From Candidatus Palauibacter denitrificans (GTDB lineage Bacteria > Gemmatimonadota > Gemmatimonadetes > Palauibacterales > Palauibacteraceae), in NCBI GenBank assembly GCA_009841015.1, contig VXMQ01000109.1, positions 1,767 to 65,766 of the forward strand: 64,000 nucleotides of DNA, written 5' to 3'. The notes under the pieces are model-generated. The model saw only the letters and a list, made by a program, of their open reading frames with translations, was not told where the DNA came from and made no database searches. Numbering within the stretch: position 1 is the stretch's first letter; each line of letters begins with the position of its first letter. Of the stretch, positions 27,372-36,629 are shown piece after piece. Position numbers and translations under genes: made by a program.

Positions 27372-27928
27372 ATGGCGCCCGGTTCCGCGCCGCCTTCGTC
27401 CCGGCGCTGATCATGGCCGCCGGCATGCCGATCGCCGGGCGCGCCGCCGCGCAGATGTCCGTCGACGTGCGGAGCGGTCTGACCGTGGGGAATCACACGG
27501 CCACCGCGGCGGGTCTTGAGTGGGCTCCCGCCCTCTCGTACGAAATCCGGATCGCGAGACGGCTGCACCCCCAGGTTGCCGTCGCCGCGGGGTATGTCCG
27601 GACTTCCTTCGGCTGCAGGGAGGGATTCTGCCGCGGGCGAGAGCCGACGGTCACCGGCAACCACGCTGTCCTCGGTGCGGAGCTTTCGCGAGGCTGGCTG
27701 TGGGGTCGGGTCGGCGTCCTTTACGGTACGATGCGCGTCGGCACGGAAGGGGAGACGCCGCGGGCGGGTCCCGGCGTGGAGGCCGGGGCGGGACTCCGCC
27801 TTCGCCTCGGCCGCCTGCACGTCGGGCCGGGCCTGTCGTGGCGGCGCATGTCCGCCGACACACCGTCGAGTTCGGACCATGCCGTAGCGCTCGGTTTCGA
27901 TCTGGGCGTCGCAGTCGAATTCGATTAG
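27368..27928 (+). CDS. Small outer-membrane beta-barrel protein
   Basis: 186 aa from a GTG overlapping the upstream stop (GTGA). Signal peptide-like N-terminus (VNGARFRAAFVPALIMAAGMPIAGRAAAQ). Amphipathic beta-strand periodicity (LSYEIRIARRL, VAVAAGYVRTSF, VALGFDLGVAVEFD). Confidence 0.5.
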   Translation: MNGARFRAAFVPALIMAAGMPIAGRAAAQMSVDVRSGLTVGNHTATAAGLEWAPALSYEIRIARRLHPQVAVAAGYVRTSFGCREGFCRGREPTVTGNHAVLGAELSRGWLWGRVGVLYGTMRVGTEGETPRAGPGVEAGAGLRLRLGRLHVGPGLSWRRMSADTPSSSDHAVALGFDLGVAVEFD

Positions 27929-27972
27929 TGTCGACACTGGCTTCGCCGACCCCACGGACCACGGAGGCTCGG

Positions 27973-29928
27973 ATGTGCCGCCCACACCGCCGGTCCTGCG
28001 CCCCGCGCCGCCGCTTCCCGGCAGCGGCGATCGTCTGCCTCCTGTTCCCGGTCGCGTGCGGGACGCCCGGAGATGCGGTCCCTGGCGGGGGCGCGGCGGC
28101 GGAACTCGACCTCACGCTCGACAACATCCACCGCAACAACGCCGGCGTGCGCGGCGCCTCGATTGCGCCAGACGGTCGTCACCTCGCGGTCTCCGGCTCG
28201 GGACCGGACGGTCCGGGACTATATGTCGCGGCTCGCGACGAGGGGGGCGGCTTCGGGACGCCGCGCTTCTGGCTTCGGGGCTCGAGCCCGGTCTGGGCGC
28301 CGGGCGGCGACCGGATCGCCTTTGCGACCGGTGGCCAGATCCACGTTGCGGACGTCGGCGATGTCGAGGCGCGTCCGCTGACGGACCGCATGGAGGGTGT
28401 CCGGGCGCCGGCCTTCTCCCCGGACGGGCGGACGATCGCATTCTACTCGACGGCGACCGGCCACCAGGACATCTGGCTCGTGCCGGCCGACGGCTCGACC
28501 CGGCCGCGCCAGTTGACCGATGCCGCGATGGCCGGCGACGATCCGCGCTTCGCGCCCGCCTGGCGACCGGATGGCCGCGAGATCCTCTACGTGTCGAACG
28601 CCTCCGACTACTGGCACGACGATCTCTGGCTCGTCGATGTCGAGACGGGAGACCGCCGGCAGCTCACGCGCACGCTGATGGCGATGTCCACCCCCGTGTG
28701 GTCGCCGGAGGGCGACCGGATCGCCGTGTTTGGCACGGCGAAGGATGAGTACTGGTACGAGGACCTCTCCTACATCTACGTGATCGAGGGCCTGGAGGCG
28801 GGCCCCGGGGTGTCGGAGCGCATCGTGGACATGCAGGTCTACGCGACCGACGCGGCGATGCGGCACGCCCCCTCCTGGTCGGTGGACGGCGCGTTCATCT
28901 ACTTCCCCTACCTCGAACGCGGCACGGTCAACGTGTGGGCCGTGCCGGCGGTCGGAGGCGTGGCCACGCGCATCACGCACATGGAGGGGACGATCTCCCG
29001 CGTGAGCCATGCACCGGATGCCGGGACCGTCGCCTTCGTCCGCTCGTCGCCGACGCGGGGAGGGGAAGCGTACGCCCTCGACCTCATCGGCGGCGCCCCG
29101 GAGCGCCTCACCTCGTTCTCGCCGTCCTGGAGGTCCGTCGCGGCGCCCCGGGAGATTGCCTTCCCGAGCTTCGATGGACTCCGGATCCAGGGCTTCCTCT
29201 ACGACCCGCCGCAACGGGCGGCGGGGGCCACCTGCCCGGCGCTCGTCCAGGTCCACGGCGGGGGGACGAACTCCTACCAGCGCGGCCTCAACCTCACCGA
29301 ACAGTACCTGGCCTCGAAGGGGTTTGTGATCCTCGCCATCAACTACCGCGGAGGCTCGGGTTTCGGCCGCGAATTCCAGGATCTCTCCGTCGAGGACTGG
29401 CTGTGGGACCAGGCGCTCGATGCCGGTGCGGCGGCCGATTTCCTGCGCACGCTTCCCTACGTGAACGGGAAGGTGGGGATCTACGGCGGCAGCTACGGCG
29501 GGAGCATGTCGCTGTCCGCGATCAGCCTGACCCCGGACAAGTTCGACGCGGCCGTTCCCATGCGCGGCGCCTACTCAAAGCTGAACACGCTCGAGTACAC
29601 GGACCGGCTGGGGAAGATCTTCTCGGTGACGGGACACGGCGGCACTCCCGAGGAGCGTCCGGACACCTACGCCAAGAGCAACGTCGTGTCGCGCATCGCC
29701 GATATCACGGCGCCCGTTCTCCTCATGCACGGAGAACTCGACCGTCGCGTGCCGATCCAGAACTTCGAGAACGCCGTGGCCGAATTCGAGCGGCTCGGCA
29801 AGAGCGTCGAGGTGAAGACGTACCCGGACGAAGCGCACGGTTTCCGGAACCCGGACAATCGCGTCGACACCTGGTCGCGTCTGGAGGAGTTCTTCACCCG
29901 GCACCTCGGCGGCTGCTCCACGGGCTGA
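27973..29928 (+). CDS. S9-family serine peptidase (prolyl oligopeptidase/acylaminoacyl-peptidase type) with N-terminal TolB-like beta-propeller; lipoprotein
   Basis: 651 aa from the internal ATG (MCRPHRRSCAPRRRFPAAAIVCLLFPVACG, a lipobox). Repeated SPDG propeller motifs. Catalytic triad context GGSYGGSM (Ser), HGELDRRVP (Asp), EAHGF (His). It is a paralog of 37357..39351. Confidence 0.85.
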   Translation: MCRPHRRSCAPRRRFPAAAIVCLLFPVACGTPGDAVPGGGAAAELDLTLDNIHRNNAGVRGASIAPDGRHLAVSGSGPDGPGLYVAARDEGGGFGTPRFWLRGSSPVWAPGGDRIAFATGGQIHVADVGDVEARPLTDRMEGVRAPAFSPDGRTIAFYSTATGHQDIWLVPADGSTRPRQLTDAAMAGDDPRFAPAWRPDGREILYVSNASDYWHDDLWLVDVETGDRRQLTRTLMAMSTPVWSPEGDRIAVFGTAKDEYWYEDLSYIYVIEGLEAGPGVSERIVDMQVYATDAAMRHAPSWSVDGAFIYFPYLERGTVNVWAVPAVGGVATRITHMEGTISRVSHAPDAGTVAFVRSSPTRGGEAYALDLIGGAPERLTSFSPSWRSVAAPREIAFPSFDGLRIQGFLYDPPQRAAGATCPALVQVHGGGTNSYQRGLNLTEQYLASKGFVILAINYRGGSGFGREFQDLSVEDWLWDQALDAGAAADFLRTLPYVNGKVGIYGGSYGGSMSLSAISLTPDKFDAAVPMRGAYSKLNTLEYTDRLGKIFSVTGHGGTPEERPDTYAKSNVVSRIADITAPVLLMHGELDRRVPIQNFENAVAEFERLGKSVEVKTYPDEAHGFRNPDNRVDTWSRLEEFFTRHLGGCSTG

Positions 29929-30019
29929 AGGCCGCCGGTCCGGAAACCTGCATCGCCGACCCCACGTAGGACGTTGCGGTGCGGGTGCTGTCCCGCCGGC
30001 CTGGAAGTCCGGACGACAT

Positions 30020-30241
30020 ATGGGGAGGAGTCAGGTGAAGAATCCGCTGACAGCCGCCGTGCTGAGCTTTCTCGTACCGGGCGTCGGCCAGTGGTACAAC
30101 GGCAAGTTCCTGCGCGGACTGTTCTGGCTGCTCGTGACCCCGGGCCTGTGGCTCGGAACCGGCGGCACGCTGGGCTGGATCTGTCACATCGTGTCGGCCG
30201 TCACCGCATACAGCTACGCAAACCGGCTGTACGTCCGCTGA
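30020..30241 (+). CDS. Small TM2-domain-like membrane protein
   Basis: 73 aa, two predicted TM helices, and the LSFLVPGVGQWYNGKFLRG motif resembling TM2/NINE-family small proteins. An alternative GTG start lies 15 nt downstream after GGAGGAG. Confidence 0.45.
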   Translation: MGRSQVKNPLTAAVLSFLVPGVGQWYNGKFLRGLFWLLVTPGLWLGTGGTLGWICHIVSAVTAYSYANRLYVR

Positions 30242-30245
30242 CGCG

Positions 30246-30275
30246 GAGTTTTGCCACGGGCTGCTAGGGCACGCG
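30246..30275. repeat. Copy 2 of a conserved roughly 20-nt motif TTTTGCCACGGRCTGCTARGG abutting a minus-strand stop codon
   Basis: ttttgccacgggctgctaggg here matches ttttgccacggactgctaagg at 681-701 with 2 mismatches. In both copies the final CTA is the stop codon of a minus-strand gene. Confidence 0.4.
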
Positions 30276-31973
30276 TTCGAAGCGGCCGTAGTAGTCCATC
30301 TCGACGCCCGTCACGCGCGCGGTGTCGTCCAGCAGGAACGAGACGCCGATCCGGACGTCGCCGAACCACATGTCGAAGCGGTCGACGTGCCAGTGCTCGA
30401 GCGGCATGCGCACCGGACGTTCCCGGCCGTCGAACTCGGCCACGAGCCGCAGTTCCCTCGCCGACTCGCCAGTTCCGTTCGCCGACCCGTTACCCGCCCC
30501 GTTGCGTTCGGCGCCTGCCGATGCGCTCGCGGCCGGCCGTTCGTGTACGCCGGGCGTCCCGTCCCACCGGCCCAGCCGGCCTTCGGCGGGCATGAGCGGC
30601 GGGATCGCTTCGTCCGTCAGGCGAATGCGCAGCTCACCGGCGTAGCCGTTGCGGTACGTCCCGGCGTAGGCCTCGAGCGGCACCGAGGGACCCTGGTCGA
30701 GCCGGGCCGCCTGCCGTGCCTCCTCCGCCTCGAAGGTCCGCCGGTTCCCCTCGGCGACGCTCCGCTCGAATTCCGCATGCCAGTCGCGGTTCCGCAGCTC
30801 CTCCGTGCCCACGAAACGCGCCATGGCCCACTGCGTGAGCACCCACGGCAGCTCGGAGTTCCGGTTCGTTGTCGCCCACACGCCGAAGCCCTGTTCGGGC
30901 GCCAGCGCGATCGAGCAGTTGAACCCCAGGGCGTTCCCCCCGTGCCCCACACCCGTGACGTCGCCGAACCTTCCCGTCGACCAGCCCATCGCGTACGCCC
31001 CCGGCCCCTCGAACGGCATCCAGCTGCTCGGGTTCCGTATGACGGTGTGCGGCGTGTGCATGAGTTCGACGGATGACCGGGAGAGCGGCGGGTTCGGGTG
31101 GGTGCCGACGTGGAACCGCATCCACTCGGTGATCTCGTCCGCCGACGTGATCACGCCGCCCGAGGGCACGGTGACGTCCTCCGCGTACTGCCACGGCACG
31201 GGCTCCAGCGGCATGCCCGTGGTCGCCGCGTTTCCGATGAACCGCCGCTCAATGATGGCGTGCGGCTCGGCGTGGTTCGGGCTCGCGTTTGCGGGCGCCA
31301 TGCGCGCGGTCGTCGTCGTCATCCCCAGCGGATTCCAGAGCTTCTCGCGCGCGTAGGAGTCCCAGTCCGTTCCCGAGACGGTTTCCACGAGGTGGCCCGT
31401 GAGAACGAACATGTCGTTCGTATACCCGTAGCGGTCGCGGAAAGCGTGGTCCGGATCGGTGTGGGGGAGCCGCATGAGATAGTCGCGCCGGTCCGTGACG
31501 AGCGGGCGCAGCGGCTGATTGCTCCCGGTTCCGACGCGGTGCGTCACGATGTCCCGCACGCGGATCTCGCGCGTCGTCCACGGGTCGTGGAGACGGAACC
31601 ACGGGATGTGGTCCGTGATGCGGTCGTCCCAGCGCAGTTTTCCTTCCTCGACCAGGGACGCGATCGTCGCCGCGCCGAACGCCTTCGAGCAGGAGCCGAT
31701 GCTGAACAGCGTCCCTCCGTCGACGGGCGTGTCCCGCCCCAGTTCGCGCACGCCGTAGCCGGTGGACAGGTAGCTCCGGCCTTCATGTACGATGGCGAGA
31801 CCCAGCCCCGGCACTTCCCAGCGGGCCATCGCATCCTCGACCCAGGCGTCGATCTCTTCGACCGTGGGGGGAGGCGGGGCGGGAGACTGCGCCTGCGCGG
31901 CTCGGGCCGCGAGCAGGAACGCTGCTCCGAGGAATACCGCGGCCGGAACGCCGCGGCGGTGCGGTGGCTGCAT
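30264..31973 (-). CDS. Serine hydrolase, beta-lactamase/transpeptidase fold (third family member in the window)
   Basis: Signal peptide MQPPHRRGVPAAVFLGAAFLLAARAAQAQ (ATG at 31973; the ORF-track start at 32000 adds 9 codons). S-x-x-K motif GSCSKAFGAAT, then YGYTND and HGGN. Confidence 0.8.
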   Translation of the reverse strand: MQPPHRRGVPAAVFLGAAFLLAARAAQAQSPAPPPPTVEEIDAWVEDAMARWEVPGLGLAIVHEGRSYLSTGYGVRELGRDTPVDGGTLFSIGSCSKAFGAATIASLVEEGKLRWDDRITDHIPWFRLHDPWTTREIRVRDIVTHRVGTGSNQPLRPLVTDRRDYLMRLPHTDPDHAFRDRYGYTNDMFVLTGHLVETVSGTDWDSYAREKLWNPLGMTTTTARMAPANASPNHAEPHAIIERRFIGNAATTGMPLEPVPWQYAEDVTVPSGGVITSADEITEWMRFHVGTHPNPPLSRSSVELMHTPHTVIRNPSSWMPFEGPGAYAMGWSTGRFGDVTGVGHGGNALGFNCSIALAPEQGFGVWATTNRNSELPWVLTQWAMARFVGTEELRNRDWHAEFERSVAEGNRRTFEAEEARQAARLDQGPSVPLEAYAGTYRNGYAGELRIRLTDEAIPPLMPAEGRLGRWDGTPGVHERPAASASAGAERNGAGNGSANGTGESARELRLVAEFDGRERPVRMPLEHWHVDRFDMWFGDVRIGVSFLLDDTARVTGVEMDYYGRFERVP

Positions 31974-32048
31974 GGAAAGACGGTTCCTCGATGTCATCAC
32001 GGCCTCCTGCTCAAGTCGCCGGATTGTTCGACCGGCGCTGTCCCAATA

Positions 32049-33671
32049 CTAGGGGAGTCCGAATACCCACAGGACTCCGCCCGCTGCGGTCACGATGCGC
32101 TGTTCGCCGTCCACCTCGAACGACATGGGGTTGGTGCGGACACCAGCGCCGGCCTGAAAGTCCCACAACGCCTCTCCTGTCTCCGCGTCGAGGGCGAAGA
32201 TGTTGCCTTCGTTGCTTCCGCCGAAGACGAGGCCACCCCGTGTGGCCATCACGCCGGCCCACGGAGGGGAGAGGAGCGGGAACTCCCACTGCAGTTCCCC
32301 CGTGAGCACGTCGAGCGCCTTGACGGCACCGCTCGCGTCGTCGCCGGACAGCGCCTGCTCGCCGCCGCCGAGAAACGGCTGGCCGGGCTCGTACTCGACG
32401 TCGGCCTTGTAGTAGACGGCACCCATGATCCGGGTCGCCTGGTAGAAGAGTCCGGTGTCGGGGCTGTACGAGGGGCTGAACCAGTTCGCCGCCCCCTGGA
32501 GGCTGGGCCAGACGAGGTTCCCCTCCTCCGTGGGTTCGGTGCCGGGAATCACGATCGGCCGGCCGTTCTCGTCGAGGCCCTCGGCCCACGTCTGCTTCGA
32601 GTACTCCACGCCGTGCAGGAACTCGCCGGTCTGGCGGTCGAGCACGTAGTAGAAGGCGTTCCGGTTCGCCGTCACGACCAGCTTGCGCGGTTCACCCTCC
32701 CATTCGGCGTCCACGAGCACCTGGATCTGATTCGCATCCCAGTCGTGCGTGTCGTGCGGCGTGTACTGGAAGTACCACTGCATCTCGCCCGTGTCGGGGT
32801 CGAGGGCGAGGATGGAGTTCGTGTACAGGTTGTCGCCGGGCCGCAGGTCCCCGTTCCAGTCGGGGGCCGGGTTCCCGGTGGGCCAGTAGAGGAGGTCCAG
32901 CTCCGGGTCGTACGAACCGGTGAGCCAGGTCGAGCCGCCGCCGTGCTCCCAGCTGTCGCCGCCCCACGTCTCGCTCCCCGGCTCGCCCGGCCGGGGGATG
33001 GTGAACGTGCGCCAGAGGAGATCGCCGGTCTCGGGGTCGTAGGCGTCGACAAAGCCGTTCGCGCCGGCCTCCGCGCCCGACACGCCGACGATGACCTTGC
33101 CGTCGAGCGCGAGCGGCGCCGTCGTGATCGAGAATCCGAGGAAGTTGTCCGCGACATCCATCTCCCAGCGGACGGCGCCGGACCGGGCGTCGAGCGCCAC
33201 GAGTCGGGCGTCGAGCGTGCCCACGAACACCGTCTCGTCGAGGATTGCGACGCCCCGGTTCACGCGCGGGAAGCCGATGTTCTTCGTCGAGGCGGGGACT
33301 TCCGCCGACCAGTGCCAGAGGCGGCGCCCGGTGCGTGCGTCGAGCGCGCTCACGTTGCTCGGCGGCTCCGTCACGTACATCACGCCGTCGACCACGACCG
33401 GCGTCGTCTCGATGAGCCCGCCGCTCATCTGGTAGGCCCAGATCACCTTGAGGTCCCCGACGTTGCCGCGGTGGATCCGGTCGAGCGCGGAGAAGCGGTG
33501 CGAAGCGTAGTTGCCCGAATACGTGAACCAGTTGTGCGGCTCGTCGTCCGCGTTCACGAGGCGCTCGAACGGCACCTGCACGCCCGCGCCCGCGAGGGGG
33601 GCGCCGCACAGGAGCGCCGCCGCCGCGAGCGCAGCCGCGACGGCCGAAGGAAGCCGTGGTGCAGGGTTCAT
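32049..33671 (-). CDS. PQQ-dependent dehydrogenase (methanol/ethanol quinoprotein family), secreted
   Basis: 540 aa from the internal ATG (MNPAPRLPSAVAAALAAAALLCGAPLAGAG). Eight-bladed propeller W-motifs (DARTGRRLW, DARSGAVRWE, DPETGDLLWR, DPDTGEMQWY, DVLTGELQWEF, DAETGEALWDF). The 264 upstream codons of ORF 32049..34463 are Arg/Gly shadow overlapping the cytochrome gene. Confidence 0.85.
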   Translation of the reverse strand: MNPAPRLPSAVAAALAAAALLCGAPLAGAGVQVPFERLVNADDEPHNWFTYSGNYASHRFSALDRIHRGNVGDLKVIWAYQMSGGLIETTPVVVDGVMYVTEPPSNVSALDARTGRRLWHWSAEVPASTKNIGFPRVNRGVAILDETVFVGTLDARLVALDARSGAVRWEMDVADNFLGFSITTAPLALDGKVIVGVSGAEAGANGFVDAYDPETGDLLWRTFTIPRPGEPGSETWGGDSWEHGGGSTWLTGSYDPELDLLYWPTGNPAPDWNGDLRPGDNLYTNSILALDPDTGEMQWYFQYTPHDTHDWDANQIQVLVDAEWEGEPRKLVVTANRNAFYYVLDRQTGEFLHGVEYSKQTWAEGLDENGRPIVIPGTEPTEEGNLVWPSLQGAANWFSPSYSPDTGLFYQATRIMGAVYYKADVEYEPGQPFLGGGEQALSGDDASGAVKALDVLTGELQWEFPLLSPPWAGVMATRGGLVFGGSNEGNIFALDAETGEALWDFQAGAGVRTNPMSFEVDGEQRIVTAAGGVLWVFGLP

Positions 33672-34486
33672 GATCCCGCTCCGAGGTCGACGAGGAAGGC
33701 GACGAGGTCGTCGATGTCCGCTTCCGTCATCCCTTCCACGGCGGGCATCAGGGAGTGATCGAACTGTTTCTCGAGTTCCACGAGATCTTCCTTGCGAAGC
33801 GAGACCGTACGGCCGGAGATCGACCGCAACTGGATCGTGAAGGCGTCCTCGTTCACGCGCATGCCCGTGATGACGCGGCCCTCGCGCGTGACCGCGCGGA
33901 TCGGCAGGTACCCTCTGAATCCCCGCAGCAGACCGCGCCGCGAGACGGGCAACTCCGAATCGGGCGTCCGCAGGGACGCGTAGAGGTAATCGACGCCGCG
34001 CCGAAGCCCGACACCCGTGAGTTCCGGGCCGATCCCCGTCCCGCGGCCCTCGACGACGTGGCAGGAGTAGCAGTCGCCGGCGGTGGCGAATACTTCCCCC
34101 CCGCGCGCGGCGTCGCCCGTGACCTCCACGACGGCGTCCCGGCCCAGCGTGCGGACGTAGGCCGCGATAAGGTCGACTTCCAGATCCGACACCAGGTTGG
34201 ATCTCGTCCCGGGCATGCCGGTACCGGGGATCCCGCGCCGGATCACACGGACGAGCGATTCGTGGTCCGGCGCGCGGGGCAGGGCGGGACGCGCCAGGCT
34301 CGGCCCTTCTCCTCCGTGGCCGAGCATGCCGTGGCACCGGCCGCAGTGGGCCTGGTAGAACATCGCGCCCCGCTGGAGACCGGCCTCCGTGACCTCGGTC
34401 TCGTCCTGGGCCGCGGCCTGGCCGACCGCCGCGAACACGCTCGCCGCGAGCGCGAGACCGCACAGACTCGGACGGGGCCGTCGCAT
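33668..34486 (-). CDS. Di-heme c-type cytochrome, secreted; likely electron acceptor of the adjacent PQQ dehydrogenase
   Basis: Signal peptide MRRPRPSLCGLALAASVFAAVGQAAAQ. Two CxxCH motifs (CGRCHG, CYSCHV). Its stop overlaps the dehydrogenase start (ATGA). Confidence 0.75.
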   Translation of the reverse strand: MRRPRPSLCGLALAASVFAAVGQAAAQDETEVTEAGLQRGAMFYQAHCGRCHGMLGHGGEGPSLARPALPRAPDHESLVRVIRRGIPGTGMPGTRSNLVSDLEVDLIAAYVRTLGRDAVVEVTGDAARGGEVFATAGDCYSCHVVEGRGTGIGPELTGVGLRRGVDYLYASLRTPDSELPVSRRGLLRGFRGYLPIRAVTREGRVITGMRVNEDAFTIQLRSISGRTVSLRKEDLVELEKQFDHSLMPAVEGMTEADIDDLVAFLVDLGAGS

Positions 34487-34548
34487 GATCCTCCTCCTCC
34501 GCGGGCGTCGTTTCACGCCACTAATCAACGTAGCCGCCCGGCGGGCCC

Positions 34549-36600
34549 TTACGGAACCAGCGCCTCCGGTTCCAGGACCCAACGCGTGAGCCATTCCACG
34601 TTTCTCGACATGAGATCTCGCTGGAGACGCGGAGACCTAACGCCGTGCGGTTGATCCGGATACAACACAAGGGTCGTCGGCGCTTTACCGATGGCGCGGA
34701 CGGCCTCGAAGAACTGGATGCTCTGTTCGGCCGGCACCCTCTCGTCTTTCTCTCCCACCTGGATGAGGAGCGGTGTCGTCACGTTTTCAACATGACGGTA
34801 GGCGGAGCGCTCCTCGTAGAGATCCCAGTCCTCCCACGGTTTCGGGCCCAGGTAGGTGTGGTAGAACTCCGGGATGTCCGTCTGGGAATACATGGAGATG
34901 AGGTCGTTCGCGCCGGCGCCCGCGCTCGCCGCCCTGAAGCGGTCGGTCTGCGTGATGCCCCAGTACGTGTGGTGCCCTCCGAAGCTCCATCCGCTCACGG
35001 CGAGCCGGTCGGGATCCGCGATCCCGCGCTCGACCATGGCGTCCACCCCGGAGTCGATGTCGACCCAGTCGCGGCCGGAGATGTCGCCGCGGTTGAGTCC
35101 CCGGAAGCGCTCGCCGTAGCCGCTCGAACCGCGGTAGTTCGGCTGCAGGACGGCGAACCCCATGCCCGCGTACACCTGCACCGGGTAGGCGCCGCGCGTC
35201 GCGTTGAAGCGGTCGGAGGAGATGCCGGCTGGCCCGCCGTGGATCACGAGGACCAGCGGGACGCGGTCCCCCTCCTCGTACCCGACGGGAAGAGTGAGCA
35301 CGCCTTCGATTTCCTCGCCGCCGGCGCGTGAAGGCCACGACTCGACCCGCTGTTCGCCGAGCGCGAGGTCCGCCGTCTGCGGGTTCAGATCGGTGAGGCG
35401 CTCGGGGCGGAAGGCATCCATCGGAGTGATGAAGAGGTCCGGAGGTATCATGCCGTCCTCGGCGGTGACCGCGAGGAAGCGCCCGTCCGCCGATGCGGAA
35501 GCGCCGGAGTAGTAGTGCCGGCCATCGGTCAGGTGGCTCGGCGGGCCAGCTGAGCCACCGTCGGCGAGCGGGATCCGGTACACGGTGGCTCCGGTGCGTT
35601 GGGCCGCCGAGACGATGAGCCGCGAGCCATCGAGGTGGACGAAGTTCGCGTTTGCGTCCAGACCGGCGGTGAGCGACACCGGCTCCAGCCCGGCGCCGTC
35701 CGGACCGAACGGCACCCGCCAGAGCTGTCGATTGAAGGTTCCGAGGAGCTGTCCCGTACCGGACACGACGAGGCCGACCTCGTCGTCCCACGCCACCGGA
35801 TTCTCCCCGCCCGCCATCGACGTCACGCTCCGGGCCTCGGCTTCCGCGCCCTCCTGTACGTACGTCGCGCCGTAGTAGGTCGTCCTCAGCACGGGCGACG
35901 ACCGCGCGCCGAACGCGAGCGCCCGGGAGTCGGGGGACCACACGAAAGACGTGACGTGGAGACCGTCCGGCGACCACCTCACGGCCTCGCCGGCGACGTC
36001 GTCCTCGAGTTCGGCGACGTGGAGGCGCGACCACTGGTCCGTATAGACCGAATCCCACACCATCGGGCGGCCGCGCACCTCCTCGAGTTCGCGGTCCGCC
36101 TCCGTCGCGGCCGGGCTCGCCACGAAACCGAGCCGCCGGCCATCGGGCGCGAAGCGGAAGCTCCCGACCGAGGTCTCGTGGGACGTCACCTGCCACGCCT
36201 CGCCGCCGTCAGGCCGGATGCCGTAGACCTGCCTCGACCCTTCCCGGTCCGAGGAGAAGGCGAGCCATTCCCCCGACGGGTGCCAGGCCGGCGCATCGTC
36301 GGAACCGGGACGGAACGTGAGCTGGCGGGCATTGCCGGGGCCTCCCGTCGCGGGGACGACCCACACGTCGGTTTCCTGGCGGTCCTCCTCCATGTCCCGT
36401 TCGGTAACGACGTAAGCCACCCACTGCCCGTCCGGACTCACGGAGATCTGCGAGAGGCTCCTGAGGGCAAGGACATCCTCGACCGTCATCGGCCGGCTCT
36501 CCTGGGCGTCCAGTCCGGTGGAGAGGGCGACGGAGAGGAGGACGGAGAGGACGGAACCCGCGGGGAGAACCCGGGAGTCGGGGAAGATCGCGGCACGCAT
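34549..36600 (-). CDS. S9-family serine peptidase (prolyl oligopeptidase family) with N-terminal beta-propeller, secreted
   Basis: MRAAIFPDSRVLPAGSVLSVLLSVALSTGLDAQ signal; an alternative ATG lies 27 nt upstream at 36627. GWSFGG (Ser nucleophile), EKDERVP (Asp), QPHGV (His). The 109-118 codons at the 5' end of the listed ORF are shadow. Confidence 0.85.
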   Translation of the reverse strand: MRAAIFPDSRVLPAGSVLSVLLSVALSTGLDAQESRPMTVEDVLALRSLSQISVSPDGQWVAYVVTERDMEEDRQETDVWVVPATGGPGNARQLTFRPGSDDAPAWHPSGEWLAFSSDREGSRQVYGIRPDGGEAWQVTSHETSVGSFRFAPDGRRLGFVASPAATEADRELEEVRGRPMVWDSVYTDQWSRLHVAELEDDVAGEAVRWSPDGLHVTSFVWSPDSRALAFGARSSPVLRTTYYGATYVQEGAEAEARSVTSMAGGENPVAWDDEVGLVVSGTGQLLGTFNRQLWRVPFGPDGAGLEPVSLTAGLDANANFVHLDGSRLIVSAAQRTGATVYRIPLADGGSAGPPSHLTDGRHYYSGASASADGRFLAVTAEDGMIPPDLFITPMDAFRPERLTDLNPQTADLALGEQRVESWPSRAGGEEIEGVLTLPVGYEEGDRVPLVLVIHGGPAGISSDRFNATRGAYPVQVYAGMGFAVLQPNYRGSSGYGERFRGLNRGDISGRDWVDIDSGVDAMVERGIADPDRLAVSGWSFGGHHTYWGITQTDRFRAASAGAGANDLISMYSQTDIPEFYHTYLGPKPWEDWDLYEERSAYRHVENVTTPLLIQVGEKDERVPAEQSIQFFEAVRAIGKAPTTLVLYPDQPHGVRSPRLQRDLMSRNVEWLTRWVLEPEALVP

Positions 36601-36629
36601 GGCACACCCCTGACGTTTGAGGAGCATCG

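Noticed and set aside
29974-30267. The conserved 20-nt motif read as a coding C-terminus (…RSFATGC* here and …GAFATDC* at 6..704)
   Set aside because: Both host ORFs are otherwise junk-like. The similarity is at the nucleotide level, so it is better explained as a non-coding 3'-end motif.
31098-33758. 886-aa plus-strand ORF across the beta-lactamase-fold and PQQ dehydrogenase genes
   Set aside because: It is a shadow frame; the real genes are on the minus strand.
32049-34463. N-terminal 264 codons of the listed 804-aa PQQ-dehydrogenase ORF, and similar long 5' extensions of ORFs 34549..36954, 45382..48717, 49886..51970, 44207..45709, 7271..9241, 9488..10555 and 27520..29928
   Set aside because: The extensions are Arg/Gly/Pro-rich and overlap neighbouring genes in other frames. 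Internal ATG/GTG starts with signal peptides or SD sequences were chosen instead.
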